This document shows, piece by piece, positions 21,191 through 33,152 of a stretch of DNA of 64,000 bases (its first letter is position 1; every line of letters begins with the position of its first letter). A program made the translations under genes and the position numbers. Location of the stretch: contig NC_091288.1 of assembly GCF_032444005.1 (NCBI RefSeq), positions 42,098,001-42,162,000 of the forward strand, read 5' to 3'. The DNA comes from Ranitomeya imitator. Taxonomy: Eukaryota. The notes under the pieces are model-generated. The model was not told the origin of the DNA. It searched no databases and saw only the letters and a program-made list of their open reading frames with translations.

Positions 21191-22640
21191 CAGATAAATC
21201 GAACATCAACAGGGAGCCAGGGCTGTGGCTGCTCGCTCACTTTCTCTTGATGTTCAGTTTGTCCGAAGTCAGGGACATATACTACCTAAAAATATGATGC
21301 ACAACTACAACATATGTAATAAGTCATAATTTATTAAATCATAAAAATATAGCAAAATACATAATACAGGGGAAAACAGAGAAGATGGAAATAAAATACG
21401 GGATGTCACGGGGTATATAGAAAGTTACCACATTACTAGCAATAATTAAGCAAAAAAATCAAACCATGTAGGTATCAAATTACAGAGAATTATGTGAACA
21501 ATAAAGCATATTCAATATTTCTCATGTAAAGTACCCACATTACATGATCCCCAAAACCTAAAGTAAAGTTATTGCATACAGAGTGATTATCATTGAGAAA
21601 TAATAAATACATACAATGATATAAGCATATACTAAATACTGAAAAGGTTATTTTATAATCCAATAAAGTGTCAAGTAAAATGCAAAGTAAAATTTATAAA
21701 TCAATAATATCACCACAATGTAAACATCTAATATGAATATGAAGGAGTAATCCTATAAAGACACAGTGTCATAGTGCCATAAAGTGCAAAAGAGGAAATC
21801 AAGTGGAATACTAACCAGTGGAAGAGCCCCATGGCAGCCCGCACCTGCCCGACACGCGTTTCGCCTGAGCTTTGACGAGGGAAGTCAGGGACAGTGACGC
21901 CAGCGCTGATTGGGTACAGGGTTCACTTATCATAATAGCCACACGAGAGCCCCGGGAACGCAAGTGTTGACACCGCTGGAAAGGCACCACCATGGGCGGT
22001 GAGTATAAGCTCTATTTTATCGAAACCAAACATTTAGATCAAGACTGGGTTGCCCTAGTAGTTGACAACCCCTTCAAGCCTAGGGCTAGGGATATGCCTA
22101 GAATAATAAAATTGTTAAAAAAAAAAAAAAACATAATATAACTTGCCCCCGGAAGAATAGGCGAAACGCGCGTCGGGGTGAGACTGCAGTATCTGCACAC
22201 CACACAGGTAATATGATGTGATCCCATGCACCTTATTTTAGGTTAAATAGATAAGCACTATGCACATAGACACTTTATTATATCATGGTCGTGGATGGTG
22301 ACTATTATCAATTGATTGTTTAAGAGGTTGAACCATCTAATGATTGCAAATGGTATTTTGACCCATATTAGGTTAGATTGATGTTTTTGCTTCTATGATT
22401 ACCATATGGTCACCATATCTATTTAGGGGATATACCTTTATGTGAATAAGTGTGTCATTCTGCTATTTGTCTTTGGTCGTTTTTTGAGGCATCCATTATA
22501 TACTTTAACAATTTTATGGATATTTATTTGAAATAAACTTTATTATTGTTTTTTATACATTTCATGTGCCTTATTTTGGTTCTGTGTAAAATCAGTCATG
22601 TACGGAGTGTGACCTATGGTGTTTAGGTTATTTTTGTGGA
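21190..22640. mobile_element. Penelope-like element remnants in opposite orientations
   Basis: Two GAAACGCG-GTC motifs resembling minimal hammerheads (about 21850 minus, about 22150 plus), AT-rich pseudo-LTR-like tails with AATAAA, and a terminal inverted segment at 21190-21265. Confidence 0.5.
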
Positions 22641-22944
22641 CTAATATGTATAGACATTCTGTGTGAGTCTTCCAGCATGCACTGTGGAACCCGAAAGAGA
22701 ACATTCTTAAGGGGTTGGGCTTGTGGTCACTTGTCCGATCCTTACCTGGTCCTGAAAAAGGACTTCATCAGTTACGTGTTTTCCACGGGCCAGAATGGTC
22801 TCTGTTGTATGCACCGTGCCTGCTTTGCCAATTCTGATGCATGCGCAGCATGATCTCCTTGCTAGCCACGCTCTCCCTTTTAATGAGCACTGGCAGTGTG
22901 CCGCCTAACTGGCTTAGGGAGTACTAACAGTTAACAGGTTAGAG

Positions 22945-23130
22945 CAGTGTTCCCCAACTCCGGTCCTCAAGAGCCACCAACGGGTCATGTTTTCAGGATT
23001 TCCTTAGTATTGCCCAGGTGATAATTGCATTACCTGGAAAGGTAAGAATTACATCACCTCTGCAATACTAAGGAAATCCTGAATACGTGACCTGTTGGTG
23101 GCTCTTGAGGACCGGAGTTGGGGAACACTG
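22945..23130. mobile_element. hAT-type MITE, 186 bp
   Basis: Long TIRs CAGTGTTCCCCAACTCCGGTCCTCAAGAGCCACCAAC and a perfect 8-bp TSD GGTTAGAG. Confidence 0.9.
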
Positions 23131-23301
23131 GGTTAGAGGATGCAAAATATTGCCTTGCCTCAGGCCCCCGCAATGCCACTCTGCGATGGTAATGAAAATT
23201 TTGAAGGGCACCAAGAAAAGCAAGTTGCACATGACAGGAACTCAGTTTGTCTCTATACAAGTCACTTATCAGCGCACACTTGGAATAATGTGTATACTTT
23301 A

Positions 23302-23670
23302 GGGCTGATTCATACTTCAGCTTTTCATTCATGAGCTGTATACGTTTGTCACAGATAGTACTTGTACCTATGATAGTTTATGGGGCTATTCAAATGTCCG
23401 AGCGAGTGGTCCATGCAAAAATCTGGAGATGGCCGATGTTGATTTGATTGACAGATGAAACTGGGCAATGAAAGTCTATGGGTCTGTGAAAAATTAGATA
23501 ACACTCGGATGCCATCCCAGTACTGTCTGTTTTTCACAAACTAATAGGAGAAGGTGGAAAACTTATTTTTTTGTCATCAGAGAAAAACTGATGAAAATCT
23601 GATCCAAAACACTGATGAAACCTGGACCGATGTTCTCATGCAAGATGATCACTGATGTGTGAATGAGCCC
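23302..23670. mobile_element. Decayed Harbinger-type MITE
   Basis: GGGCTGATTCA / TGAATGAGCCC ends. A related fragment lies at about 840-1030. Confidence 0.5.
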
Positions 23671-24114
23671 ATTAGGACTCCATTATGTACGAAGGACATA
23701 GCTCGACTAGAGAGGAGCGACAGGCTCCCTTTAAAGGAAAAGCAATGTTACAATAACATGACAGATTTTAGTAATTGTCTTAGCACATTAATACATTTCA
23801 AAACCATTTGGAAATGAACTCTGACTTGTATTAAACACACCATCAGCTGGTTTTCTATGCAAAAATTGTCCAGACAACTACAGCTGAAACCAGAAGTTTA
23901 CATACACTATATAAAAAGACACATATTCATGTTTTTTTCAGTATCTGACATGAAATCAGAATAATCCTTTCCTGTTTTAGGTCAGTTAGGATTACCATAA
24001 TTATTAATATTTGCCAAATGCCAGAATAATGAAAGATAGAGAATGTTTTAAGGCATTTTTATTACTTACTGCAAAGTTAAAAGTTTGCATACACTAAGAT
24101 TACTATACCTTTAA

Positions 24115-24995
24115 AGGGAACCTGTCACCCCGTTTTTTCAGATTGAGATATAAATACTGTTAAATAGGGCCTGCGCTGTGCGTTACTATAGTGTATGTAG
24201 TGTACCCTGATTCCCCACCTATGCTGAGAAATACATTACCAAAGTTGCCGTTTTCGCCTGTCAATCAGGCTGGTCAGGTCGGGTGGGCGTGGTGACATCG
24301 CTCTTTTCTTCCCCAGCTTTCCGTTGGTGGCGTAGTGGTGTGCGCATGTCCAAGTTCCGAATTCCCTGCGCGCACGTGAAGACACAGCGCGCAATCTGCG
24401 CTGTCATCCCTTTCATCGGTGGGGGCGGCCATCTTCCTGGGGCCGCGCGTGCGCAGATAGAGTGCTCTGCTGCACGGGGCTTCAGGAAAATGGCCGCGGG
24501 ATGCCGCGCGTGTGCAGAAGAGATCGCGGCGGCCATTTTCCCAAAGCCGAGATGCAAACTCGGCTTTGGGAAAATGGCCGCCGCGATCTCTTGTGCGCAC
24601 GCGCGGCATCCCGCGGCCATTTTCCTGAAGCCCCGTGCAGCAGAGCACTCCATCTGCGCACGCGCGGCCCCAGGAAGATGGCCGCCCCCACCGATGACAG
24701 GGGGTGATAGCGCAGATCGCGCGCTGCTTGTTCACGTGCCCACAGTGGATTAGTCACTTCAACATGCGCACACCACTACGCCACCAACGTAAAGCTGAGG
24801 AAGAAACAGCGCTGTGAACACGCCCACCCGACCTGACCAGCCTGATTAACAGGCGAAAACGGCGACTTTGGTAATGTATTTCTCAGCATAGGTGGGGAAT
24901 CAGGGTACACTACATACACTATAGTAACGCACAGCGCAGGCCCTATTTAACAGTATTTATATCTCAATCTGAAAAAACGGGGTGACAGGATCCCT
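24115..24995. mobile_element. T2/Kolobok-type MITE, an almost fully palindromic 881 bp
   Basis: TTAA|AGGGAACCTGTCACC ... GGTGACAGGATCCCT|TTAA, with arms complementary nearly to the centre at about 24555. Confidence 0.85.
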
Positions 24996-25370
24996 TTAAA
25001 CAATTCTATACTGCCCATATGATGATGTACTGTGTTTGGAAGCTTCTGATAGGCTTTTTGGCAACATCTTAGTTAATTAGAGACACACCTGCGAATGTAT
25101 TTTAATGCACACCTGAAACACACTGCTTCTTTGTGTAGCATCACGAGAAATTCTACAGAAATCAACCAAGATATCAACAAGAGAATTGTGGACTTGCACA
25201 AGTCTGGCTCATCTTTGGGTACAATTTCAAGAAACCTGAAGGTGCCTCGTTCATCTGTACAAACAATTATACGCAAGTACAAACAAAATAAGAATGTCCA
25301 ACCATCACACCGCTCAGGAAGGAGATGGGTTCTGTGTCCCAGAGATGAATGTGATTTGGTCCGACATGTA

Positions 25371-27021
25371 CAGTTAGGGCCAGAAATATTTGGACAGTGA
25401 CACAATTTTCGCGAGTTGGGCTCTGCATGCCACCACATTGGATTTGAAATGAAACCTCTACAACAGAATTCAAGTGCAGATTGTAACGTTTAATTTGAAG
25501 GGTTGAACAAAAATATCTGATAGAAAATGTAGGAATTGTACACATTTCTTTACAAACACTCCACATTTTAGGAGGTCAAAAGTAATTGGACAAATAAACA
25601 TAACCCAAACAAAATATTTTTATTTTCAATATTTTGTTGCAAATCCTTTGGAGGCAATCACTGCCTTAAGTCTGGAACCCATGGACATCACCAAACGCTG
25701 GGTTTCCTCCTTCTTAATGCTTTGCCAGGCCTTTACAGCCGCAGCCTTCAGGTCTTACTTGTTTGTGGGTCTTTCCGTCTTAAGTCTGGATTTGAGCAAG
25801 TGAAATGCATGCTCAATTGGGTTTAGATCTGGAGATTGACTTGGCCATTGCAGAATGTTCCACTTTTTGGCACTCATGAACTCCTGGGTAGCTTTGGATG
25901 TATGCTTGGGGTCATTGTCCATCTGTACTATGAAGCGCCGTCCAATCAACTTTGCAGCATTTGGCTGAATCTGGGCTGAAAGTATATCCCGGTACACTTC
26001 AGAATTCATCCGGCTACTCTTGTCTGCTCTTATGTCATCAATAAACACAAGTGACCCAGTGCCATTGAAAGCCATGCATGCCCATGCCATCACGTTGCCT
26101 CCACCAGGTTTTACAGAGGATGTGGTGTGCCTTGGATCATGTGCCGTTCCCTTTCTTCTCCAAACTTTTTTCTTCCCATCATTCTGGTACAGGTTGATCT
26201 TTGTCTCATCTGTCCATAGAATACTTTTCCAGAACTGAGCTGGCTTCTTGAGGTGTTTTTCTGCAAATTTAACTCTGGCCTGTCTATTTTGGTATTGATG
26301 AATGGTTTGCATCTAGATGTGAACCCTTTGTATTTACTGTCATGGAGTTTTCTCTTTACTGTTGACTTAGAGACAGATACACCTACTTCACTGAGAGTGT
26401 TCTGGACTTCAGTTGATGTTGTGAACGGGTTCTTCTTCACCAAATTAAGTATGCGGCGATCATCCACCACTGTTGTCATCCGTGGACGCCCAGGCCTTTT
26501 TGGGTTCCCAAGCTCACCAGTCAATTCCTTTTTTCTCAGAATGTACCCAACTGTTGATTTTGCTACTCCAAGCATGTCTGCTATCTCTCTGATGGATTTT
26601 TTCTTTTTTTTCAGCCTCAGGATGTTCTGCTTCACCTCAATTGAGAGTTCCTTTGACCGCATGTTGTCTGCTCACAGCAACAGCTTCCAAATGCAAAACC
26701 ACACACCTGGAATCCACCCCTGACCTTTTAACTACTTCATTGATTACAGGTTAACGAGGGAGACGCCTTCAGAGTTAATTGCAGCCCTTAGAGTCCATTG
26801 TCCAATTACTTTTGGTCCCTTGAAAAAGAGGACGCTATGCATTACAGAGCTATGATTCCTAAACCCTTTCTCCGATTTGGATGTGGAAACTATCATATTG
26901 CAGCTGGGAGTGTGCACTTTCAGCCCATATTATATATATAATTGTATTTCTGAACATGTTTTTGTAAACAGCTAAAATAACAAAACTTGTGTCACTGTCC
27001 AAATATTTCTGGCCCTAACTG
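25371..27021 (-). mobile_element. Full-length Tc1 (DD34E) element
   Basis: About 35-bp perfect TIRs CAGTTAGGGCCAGAAATATTTGGACAGTGACACAA with TA TSD, inserted in the outer Tc1 ORF. Confidence 0.95.
25626..26662 (-). pseudogene. Tc1 transposase with one frameshift (about 26290) and one nonsense codon (about 25755)
   Basis: MRSKELS..GRPR..WTDETK..QMDNDPKH..SPDLNPIE (D-34-E). The C-terminus KGFATKY* is recoverable after the stop. Confidence 0.9.
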
Positions 27022-28382
27022 TACATATCAACCCAAGGACAAAAGCAAAAGACCTTGTGAAGATGATGGAGGAAGTTGGTAAGATTGTGTCAATATTCAC
27101 AGTGAAACGAGTACTGTATCAACATGGGCTGAAAGGCCACTCTGCCAGAAAGAAGCCATTACTCCAAAAGAAATATAAAAAGCCATATTAATGTTTGCAA
27201 ATGCACACAGGAACAAAGACCTTAATTTTTGGAGACATGTCCTGTGGTCTGATTAAACTAAAATTGACCTTTTTGGGCATAATGACCATCGTTACGTTTT
27301 GAGGAAAAAGGGAGAAGCGTGGAAGCCTAACAACATCATCCCAACTGTGAAACACAGGGGTGGCAGCATTATGTTGTGGGGTTGTTTTGCTGCAGGAGGG
27401 ACTGGTGCATGTCGCAAAATAGATGGAATCATGAGAAAATAAGATTATGTGGCAATACTGAAGCAACATCTCAAGACATCAGCCAGGAAGATAAAGCTTG
27501 GATGGAAATGGGTCTTCCAAATGGACAAAGACCCGAAGCATACTGCCAAAATGGTAATAGAATGGCTCAAGGATAACAAAATCAATGTTTTGGAGCGGCC
27601 AACACAAAGCCCTGATCTCAGTCCTATTGAAAATTTATGGGCAAAGCTGAAAAGGCCGATGCGAGCAAAGCAACCTAGAAACCTGGATCAGTTACACCAG
27701 TTTTGTTGGCCCATATTCCGACCAACTATTGTGAGAACATTGTGGAAGGTTTATTCTGATTTCGTGACAGATATTGAGAAAACCATGCAGATGTGTCTTT
27801 TCATATAGTGTGTGGAAACTTCTGGTTTCAACTGTATGTCCATCTGCACACTGTATGATAGTACGTAACACATTTTTTGGGATAAGTACACATGGGACCA
27901 CAGACTTTGGATGCTGTGCTACAGGTTAAACCTCATGGGTCATAATATGGCAGTATGCATAAGTCGGGCTTCAGACTCCATGAAACCCACAGCAACCATA
28001 AAATCTCATACTCATTTTGAGTTGGAGACCAGCACATTTTTCTGACCTTCCGGAATTTTTTTATTTTTATTTTTTATGCAGCTTTCACTGTTTGAAAAAA
28101 AAAAAACATCCTCCATCGACTACATCTTTTAAAACTATGTGTAAGAATTTTGATCACATTTTTAACTTCCTGGAGCAGTCAGTTTGCGTACATGATACCT
28201 GCTGTGTCCTGGCAGGGAACTGGCAATTGGACAGTCAATAAGACAGGTGCATGATGTCTGCCAACCACACATATAGTATTGCCTTGCAGCCACCTGTTGA
28301 CGAGACGTCATCAGTGCTTAACACATCCCTATACAGAAGTGGTCTGGGCCAAATAAACCATGCTAGGCCATGCTCACACTTT

Positions 28383-28575
28383 GGCTGCCGTCACACTAGC
28401 AGTATTCGGTCAGTATTTTACATCAGTATTTGTAGCCAAAACCAGGAGTGGGTGATAAATACAGAAGTGGTGCATATGTTTCTATTATACTTTTACTCTG
28501 ATTGTCCCACTCCTGGTTTTGGCTACAAATACTGATGTAAAATACTGACCAAATACTGCTAGTGTGACAGCAGCC
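28383..28575. mobile_element. Harbinger-type MITE followed by an adjacent partial copy (28579-28730)
   Basis: TIRs GGCTGCCGTCACACTAGCAGT / ACTGCTAGTGTGACAGCAGCC. Confidence 0.75.
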
Positions 28576-28829
28576 TTTCAGTATTTGGTCAGTATTTTAC
28601 ATCAGTATTTATAAGACAAAAACAGGAGAGGAACAATTAGAGGAAAAGTATAATAGAAACACGTCACCACCTCTGTGTTTCCTATCCACTCCTGGTTTTG
28701 GCTTACAAATACTGATGTAAAGAACTGTGGCCAGAACAGCGACATATTACAAGTTTTCTGAAAATGCCCTAAGATAAGAAATAATGAAATAACTATTACT
28801 CCTTAAATGGCAATTCTATCACTTGATAT

Positions 28830-29518
28830 GGAGACTACTTCGCAATGCATCCTGGGAACGGAAGATGGTGGCAGTCGTGCGCGTATCGCCGAAGGTTCGG
28901 TGGATCCTAGGGGGTGAGTATATAACTATTTTTTATTTTATTTTTTTTAACAGGGATATGGTGCCCACACTGCTCTATACTACGTGGGCTGTGTTACATA
29001 CTACGTGGCTGCTATATACTACACAGGCAGTGTTATATACTATGTGGGCTGTGTGATATACTCCGTGGGCTGTGCTACAGTATATACTGCGTGGGCAGTG
29101 TTATATACTACGTGGCTGCTATATACTGCGTGGACTGTGTTATATATTACGTGGCCAGTGTTATATACTACGTCGCCTGTGTTATTTACTGTGTGGCTGC
29201 TATATATATATATATATATAGTATATATATATATATATATACTGCGTGGGCTGTGTTATATAGTACGTGGCTGTGTTATATACTGCGTGGCCACTGTTAT
29301 ATATTGCGTGGCCTGTATTAACGCATCAGGTATTCTACAATATGTATCTATATAGCAGCCACATAGTATACAGTACAGGCCACGTAGTATTTGTCTGCTA
29401 TATACTGCATGGCTCCTATATACTACGTGGCCTGTGCTATATACTATGTGGCTGCTATATACATACATAAATACATATTCGAGAATACCCGATGCGTTAT
29501 AATCGGGCCACCATCTAG
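28830..29518 (+). mobile_element. Non-autonomous Helitron (3' part) with a degenerate TACTACGTG minisatellite
   Basis: Same 3' end as 17801: CCCGAT..ATCGGG hairpin followed by CCACCATCTAG|T. The 5' boundary is uncertain. Confidence 0.7.
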
Positions 29519-31289
29519 TATATATGAAGGAAAGCGGACATAAAAAGAAAACCCCTCATGGATCACACAATGGGCACTCAAGACACCAGTCAGACCTCCA
29601 TGATGTGATTCCTCATGTGCAGACTCTGCTACCCTGGGACTAATTCAGCATCTGTTTTACTTCTCACATTAGACAAGGCTCTTTCTATTTGCAGAAGGAA
29701 AAGAAAGTGTATTTCGGTTACACTAAACAGGTGTTGACGTAACCCTTGTCTCCATCTCAAATATCTCTGGAGATACAATTCCCTTGGCTAAGGACGATTT
29801 AAGGCGTCTTCCCTAAGATCCTCACTCTCAAGAAGAAACATCACAATTAAGAACACTTGTTTTTTTTGCTACATAACTCTGCAGGAATCACTGAGCTCTA
29901 AGGAAATTTGGGCAGAGTGATTCTGTATCTTTTTTGGGGGGAGTGGGGGAGGGAGTTTTCCTTTAACAAATATGGCCGAGCTCTTCGGTGCTTCCTTGTC
30001 TTTTTATAGCTACAATGTAACCTTTTTAGCCACTGCTTCTTCGCACAGCAACATTACTAGAGATCTAACCAGAGCTACATAAATATCAATAAATAATAAA
30101 GAAATACAAGTGAGGGTCTCATCAGATCTGCTTTATACTGAGCATGTGACTCATTTAGGAAGAATACAGCGCCCCAGAGCTTTACCCAAATGTCCTCCAT
30201 GTGATTCATTCTCTCCCGTCTTAAACATTTCACCTGGAGATTCACCGACAGAACGAAGCAGATTCACCATCGCTGAGAAATACATTTTCTGCCTATAAAC
30301 AATAAACAGCTCAATACTTGAGTCTCATTGCAGTTTGATCTATGAGTTTAATCTTTTTTTTTTGTTTGTTTTTGCTTCTTTCTTTCTTTTTTTGTTCCCC
30401 CCCTTTTCCTACAGGAAAGAAGTTGAGATGACAAGCAGCAGCCATTGCTTCAGATTTACTTACAGTGTTTTTTTTTTTTCTTCTTCTTCTTTTTTTTTTG
30501 GCTGAATGTCAGACTCATGAATTGTTAACCCATAACCCACTGGAAGATTCTGTGTCTGACTTGGTTGCGAAGCTTTTGAAGAATTGTTTTACTGGTCAGT
30601 TCTGCACAAAAGTAGAAATCTTTTGCTTTAGTATTCCATCCATATTCACAGCTGGTTAACCTACAGAACCTAGGTGTAAATCCTCGGCTGAGCGGCATTA
30701 GTCATTCTTATATGATTAGACACGTCTGTTGTCTTTAGTGCATTGTGTTGGCCCTCGCTGTGTGCGTTTGTGCCCGCTCTTCATGACTTCTCGCTACATA
30801 TGACATCAAAGGACATTTTCTAATTCGTAGGGGAATCAATGTATCATTTCTCTTCTAAAGAAAATGTATATTTTATTACTTGGGCATTACTTAGGTGCTA
30901 GATATCGAATCTCGTTCATAGCAAATTTAAAGAGGTTTTTCAGAAAGAAAAAAAATATGAGCACCAGGTGTGGACATGTTTTTTAATATTCTCTGTAAAA
31001 ATTTGGTTTGCTCCAAATGTTTAAAGTACGGATTTATACCCCTAAGGAGTCTATTAAAAAAAATATAAATAAATAAATAATTCCTTGTCTCATTCGGAAT
31101 CCATTTCCAGCCATATTGGCGTTCAATCACTTTTGCATCCGCTGTCCCCTGGGTTGTATATTTCAATGCACCAGTATTCATAGATTCTTTAACTCCTTGG
31201 TGCATCAACCATTTTTCATGCATTTATTTCTTTTTAACCCTGAATCATAACTTTTTTTTTTAATAATATTTTGATTTATATTGCGCCAA

Positions 31290-31690
31290 CACATCATATG
31301 AAGAGAGTAGTGATGAGCGAATGTGCATGGATTGTCTGTTATTCAATCCCTGCAGGTGTTGCAGCTGTCGAACAGCCGTGAGAAATGCAGCCGCGGGGAC
31401 TCAAACATATTTTTCGAGCACGCCGAAGACACTCGGTTAGCACCTGACCATGCTCGGATAACACCTTAGCCCAGCACGTTCGCTCATCCCTAGAAGAGAG
31501 CAAGAACTGGATAAGGACATCATGGTCGTAAGAATAGAAGGAACAAGGCGAAGAAGAAGACCGGCAAACCGATGGCTTGATACTATGAAGATAACAGCAG
31601 AGAAGACCCTAGTGGACCTATCTAAGCTAACACGAGATCGTTCATTCATCAAATCGCCATGGCTCGAGATCAAGCTAAAGACCGATACAA
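31290..31690 (+). mobile_element. RTE-clade LINE 3' fragment
   Basis: HI..REQELDKDIMVVRIEGTRRRRRPANRWLDTMK, an RTE/BovB-like C-terminal motif, followed by an A-run. Confidence 0.65.
31308..31492. mobile_element. hAT-type MITE, 185 bp, inside the RTE fragment
   Basis: TIRs TAGTGATGAGCGAA / TTCGCTCATCCCTA and an 8-bp TSD GAAGAGAG. Confidence 0.85.
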
Positions 31691-32731
31691 AAAAAAAGCG
31701 CCATTCCAATTCCGCAGCACTTAATTATTTTTTTCATACCATAAGGGCTTGCTTTATGTATGACAAATTATATTTTTATAATGTAATAATAGAACAACAC
31801 GGGACTCGTAGTAGTGTATAGAGTAGGTGCTCAAGTAGGGTATCCAGCCCAACAAATCCAAATCCGAAAAAATTTGGCACTCTAGATGAATAATTATATG
31901 CAAAAGGTTTATTGATGTGCATCCATCAAGGCAAGTCGAATGTTTTCGGTCCACATCCGGACCTTCATCAGAACAAATATACTGGATGCAGCATCCATTC
32001 GTATTTCCTTGTCCTGAGACCAATAACTTTTTTATGTTTCCATCAAATAAACTGTGTACCATATGTTTTTTTATTTTGCAGGGCGAGCGGTGTATTTTAA
32101 TGGTACTATTCTAATGCAACATACGGCCTGTTGATTTTTTTTGTGCTGTTTTTTTTATTTATTGTAAAATCTTTACTGTGTGGAATTAAAAATGCAAGTT
32201 ACATACAGTTATGGACATAAGCTGAAAAAAGGCACATGTCCATCAAGATAAATTATACATTATTTGCTGCTAGATTATTTATAACCCTCAGTAGCATTTG
32301 TAATGGAAAAAAAACCAGCAACCAGTCCTTTTTTAAATGCTGATATAATGTCGGCCATTACTACCTCTTGTGTTAGAGGACATCTCACAGTCTGACTGCT
32401 CTAACTGTAAAGAACCCTTTCATGTTTAGATGTCTTACTTACCTTTTCTACACATTTAATGAATGTCCCCTGGTCTTATTGCAAGGTCCTTGGAAGCAAT
32501 AAATCATGTGCCAGTTTATTTTTATTTTTTTTATTTTTTTTTAGCAAATAGAAAAAGGTTGCTATTAATTTAAACTTTTATGTGGTATGTTTTTTCATTA
32601 TTTTTTCATTGGAAATTTTTTTTTTCTATTATTGTTTTTGATTTTAACCCCATTAGGGGCCTTGAACCAGCAACTAACTACAAGTACATATACTGCAATA
32701 CCTTTGTATTGCAATCTAGGAGTCCATGTAA

Positions 32732-33152
32732 GGCTACTTTCACACTGGCGGTTTTTTTAATACGTCGCAATGCGTCGTTTAGGGGAAAAAACGCATCGTG
32801 CAAAGTTGTTTGCTGGATGCGTTTTTGCCCCATAGAGTTACATTACCAATGCATTGCGACGTATTGACACACGTCGCAACCGTCTTGCGACGGATGCGCC
32901 GTGTTGTGGCCAACCGCCGGGAGCAAAAAACGTTAAATGTAACGTTTTTTGCAGCCGACGGACCGTCTTTTCCAACCGCGCATGCGCGGCCGGAACTCCT
33001 CCCCCACCTCCCCGCACCTCACAATGGGGCAGCAGATGCGATGAAAATCTGCATTCGCTGCACCAGTTGTGCGGCGCAAACAACGCTAGCATCGGTAACC
33101 TCAGCCCGACGCACTGCGACGGGCCGAGCCCGACGCTAGTGTGAAGGTAGCC
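32732..33152. mobile_element. Harbinger-type MITE
   Basis: TIRs GGCTACTTTCACACT / AGTGTGAAGGTAGCC, TAA TSD. Confidence 0.8.

Larger units (their letters stand above)
23881..27760 (+). mobile_element. Sleeping Beauty-like (IR/DR) Tc1 element, decayed, carrying two nested insertions
   Basis: TA|CAGCTGAAACCAGAAGTTTACATACAC left end with an inner DR at about 24078. Transposase pieces EINQDINKRIVDLHKSG (25150-25370) and HINPRTKAKDL..FQMDKDPKH..SPDLSPIENLW (27024-27700). Confidence 0.85.

Noticed and set aside
24261-24757. Mirror-image ORFs on both strands
   Set aside because: Artefact of the palindromic T2 MITE.
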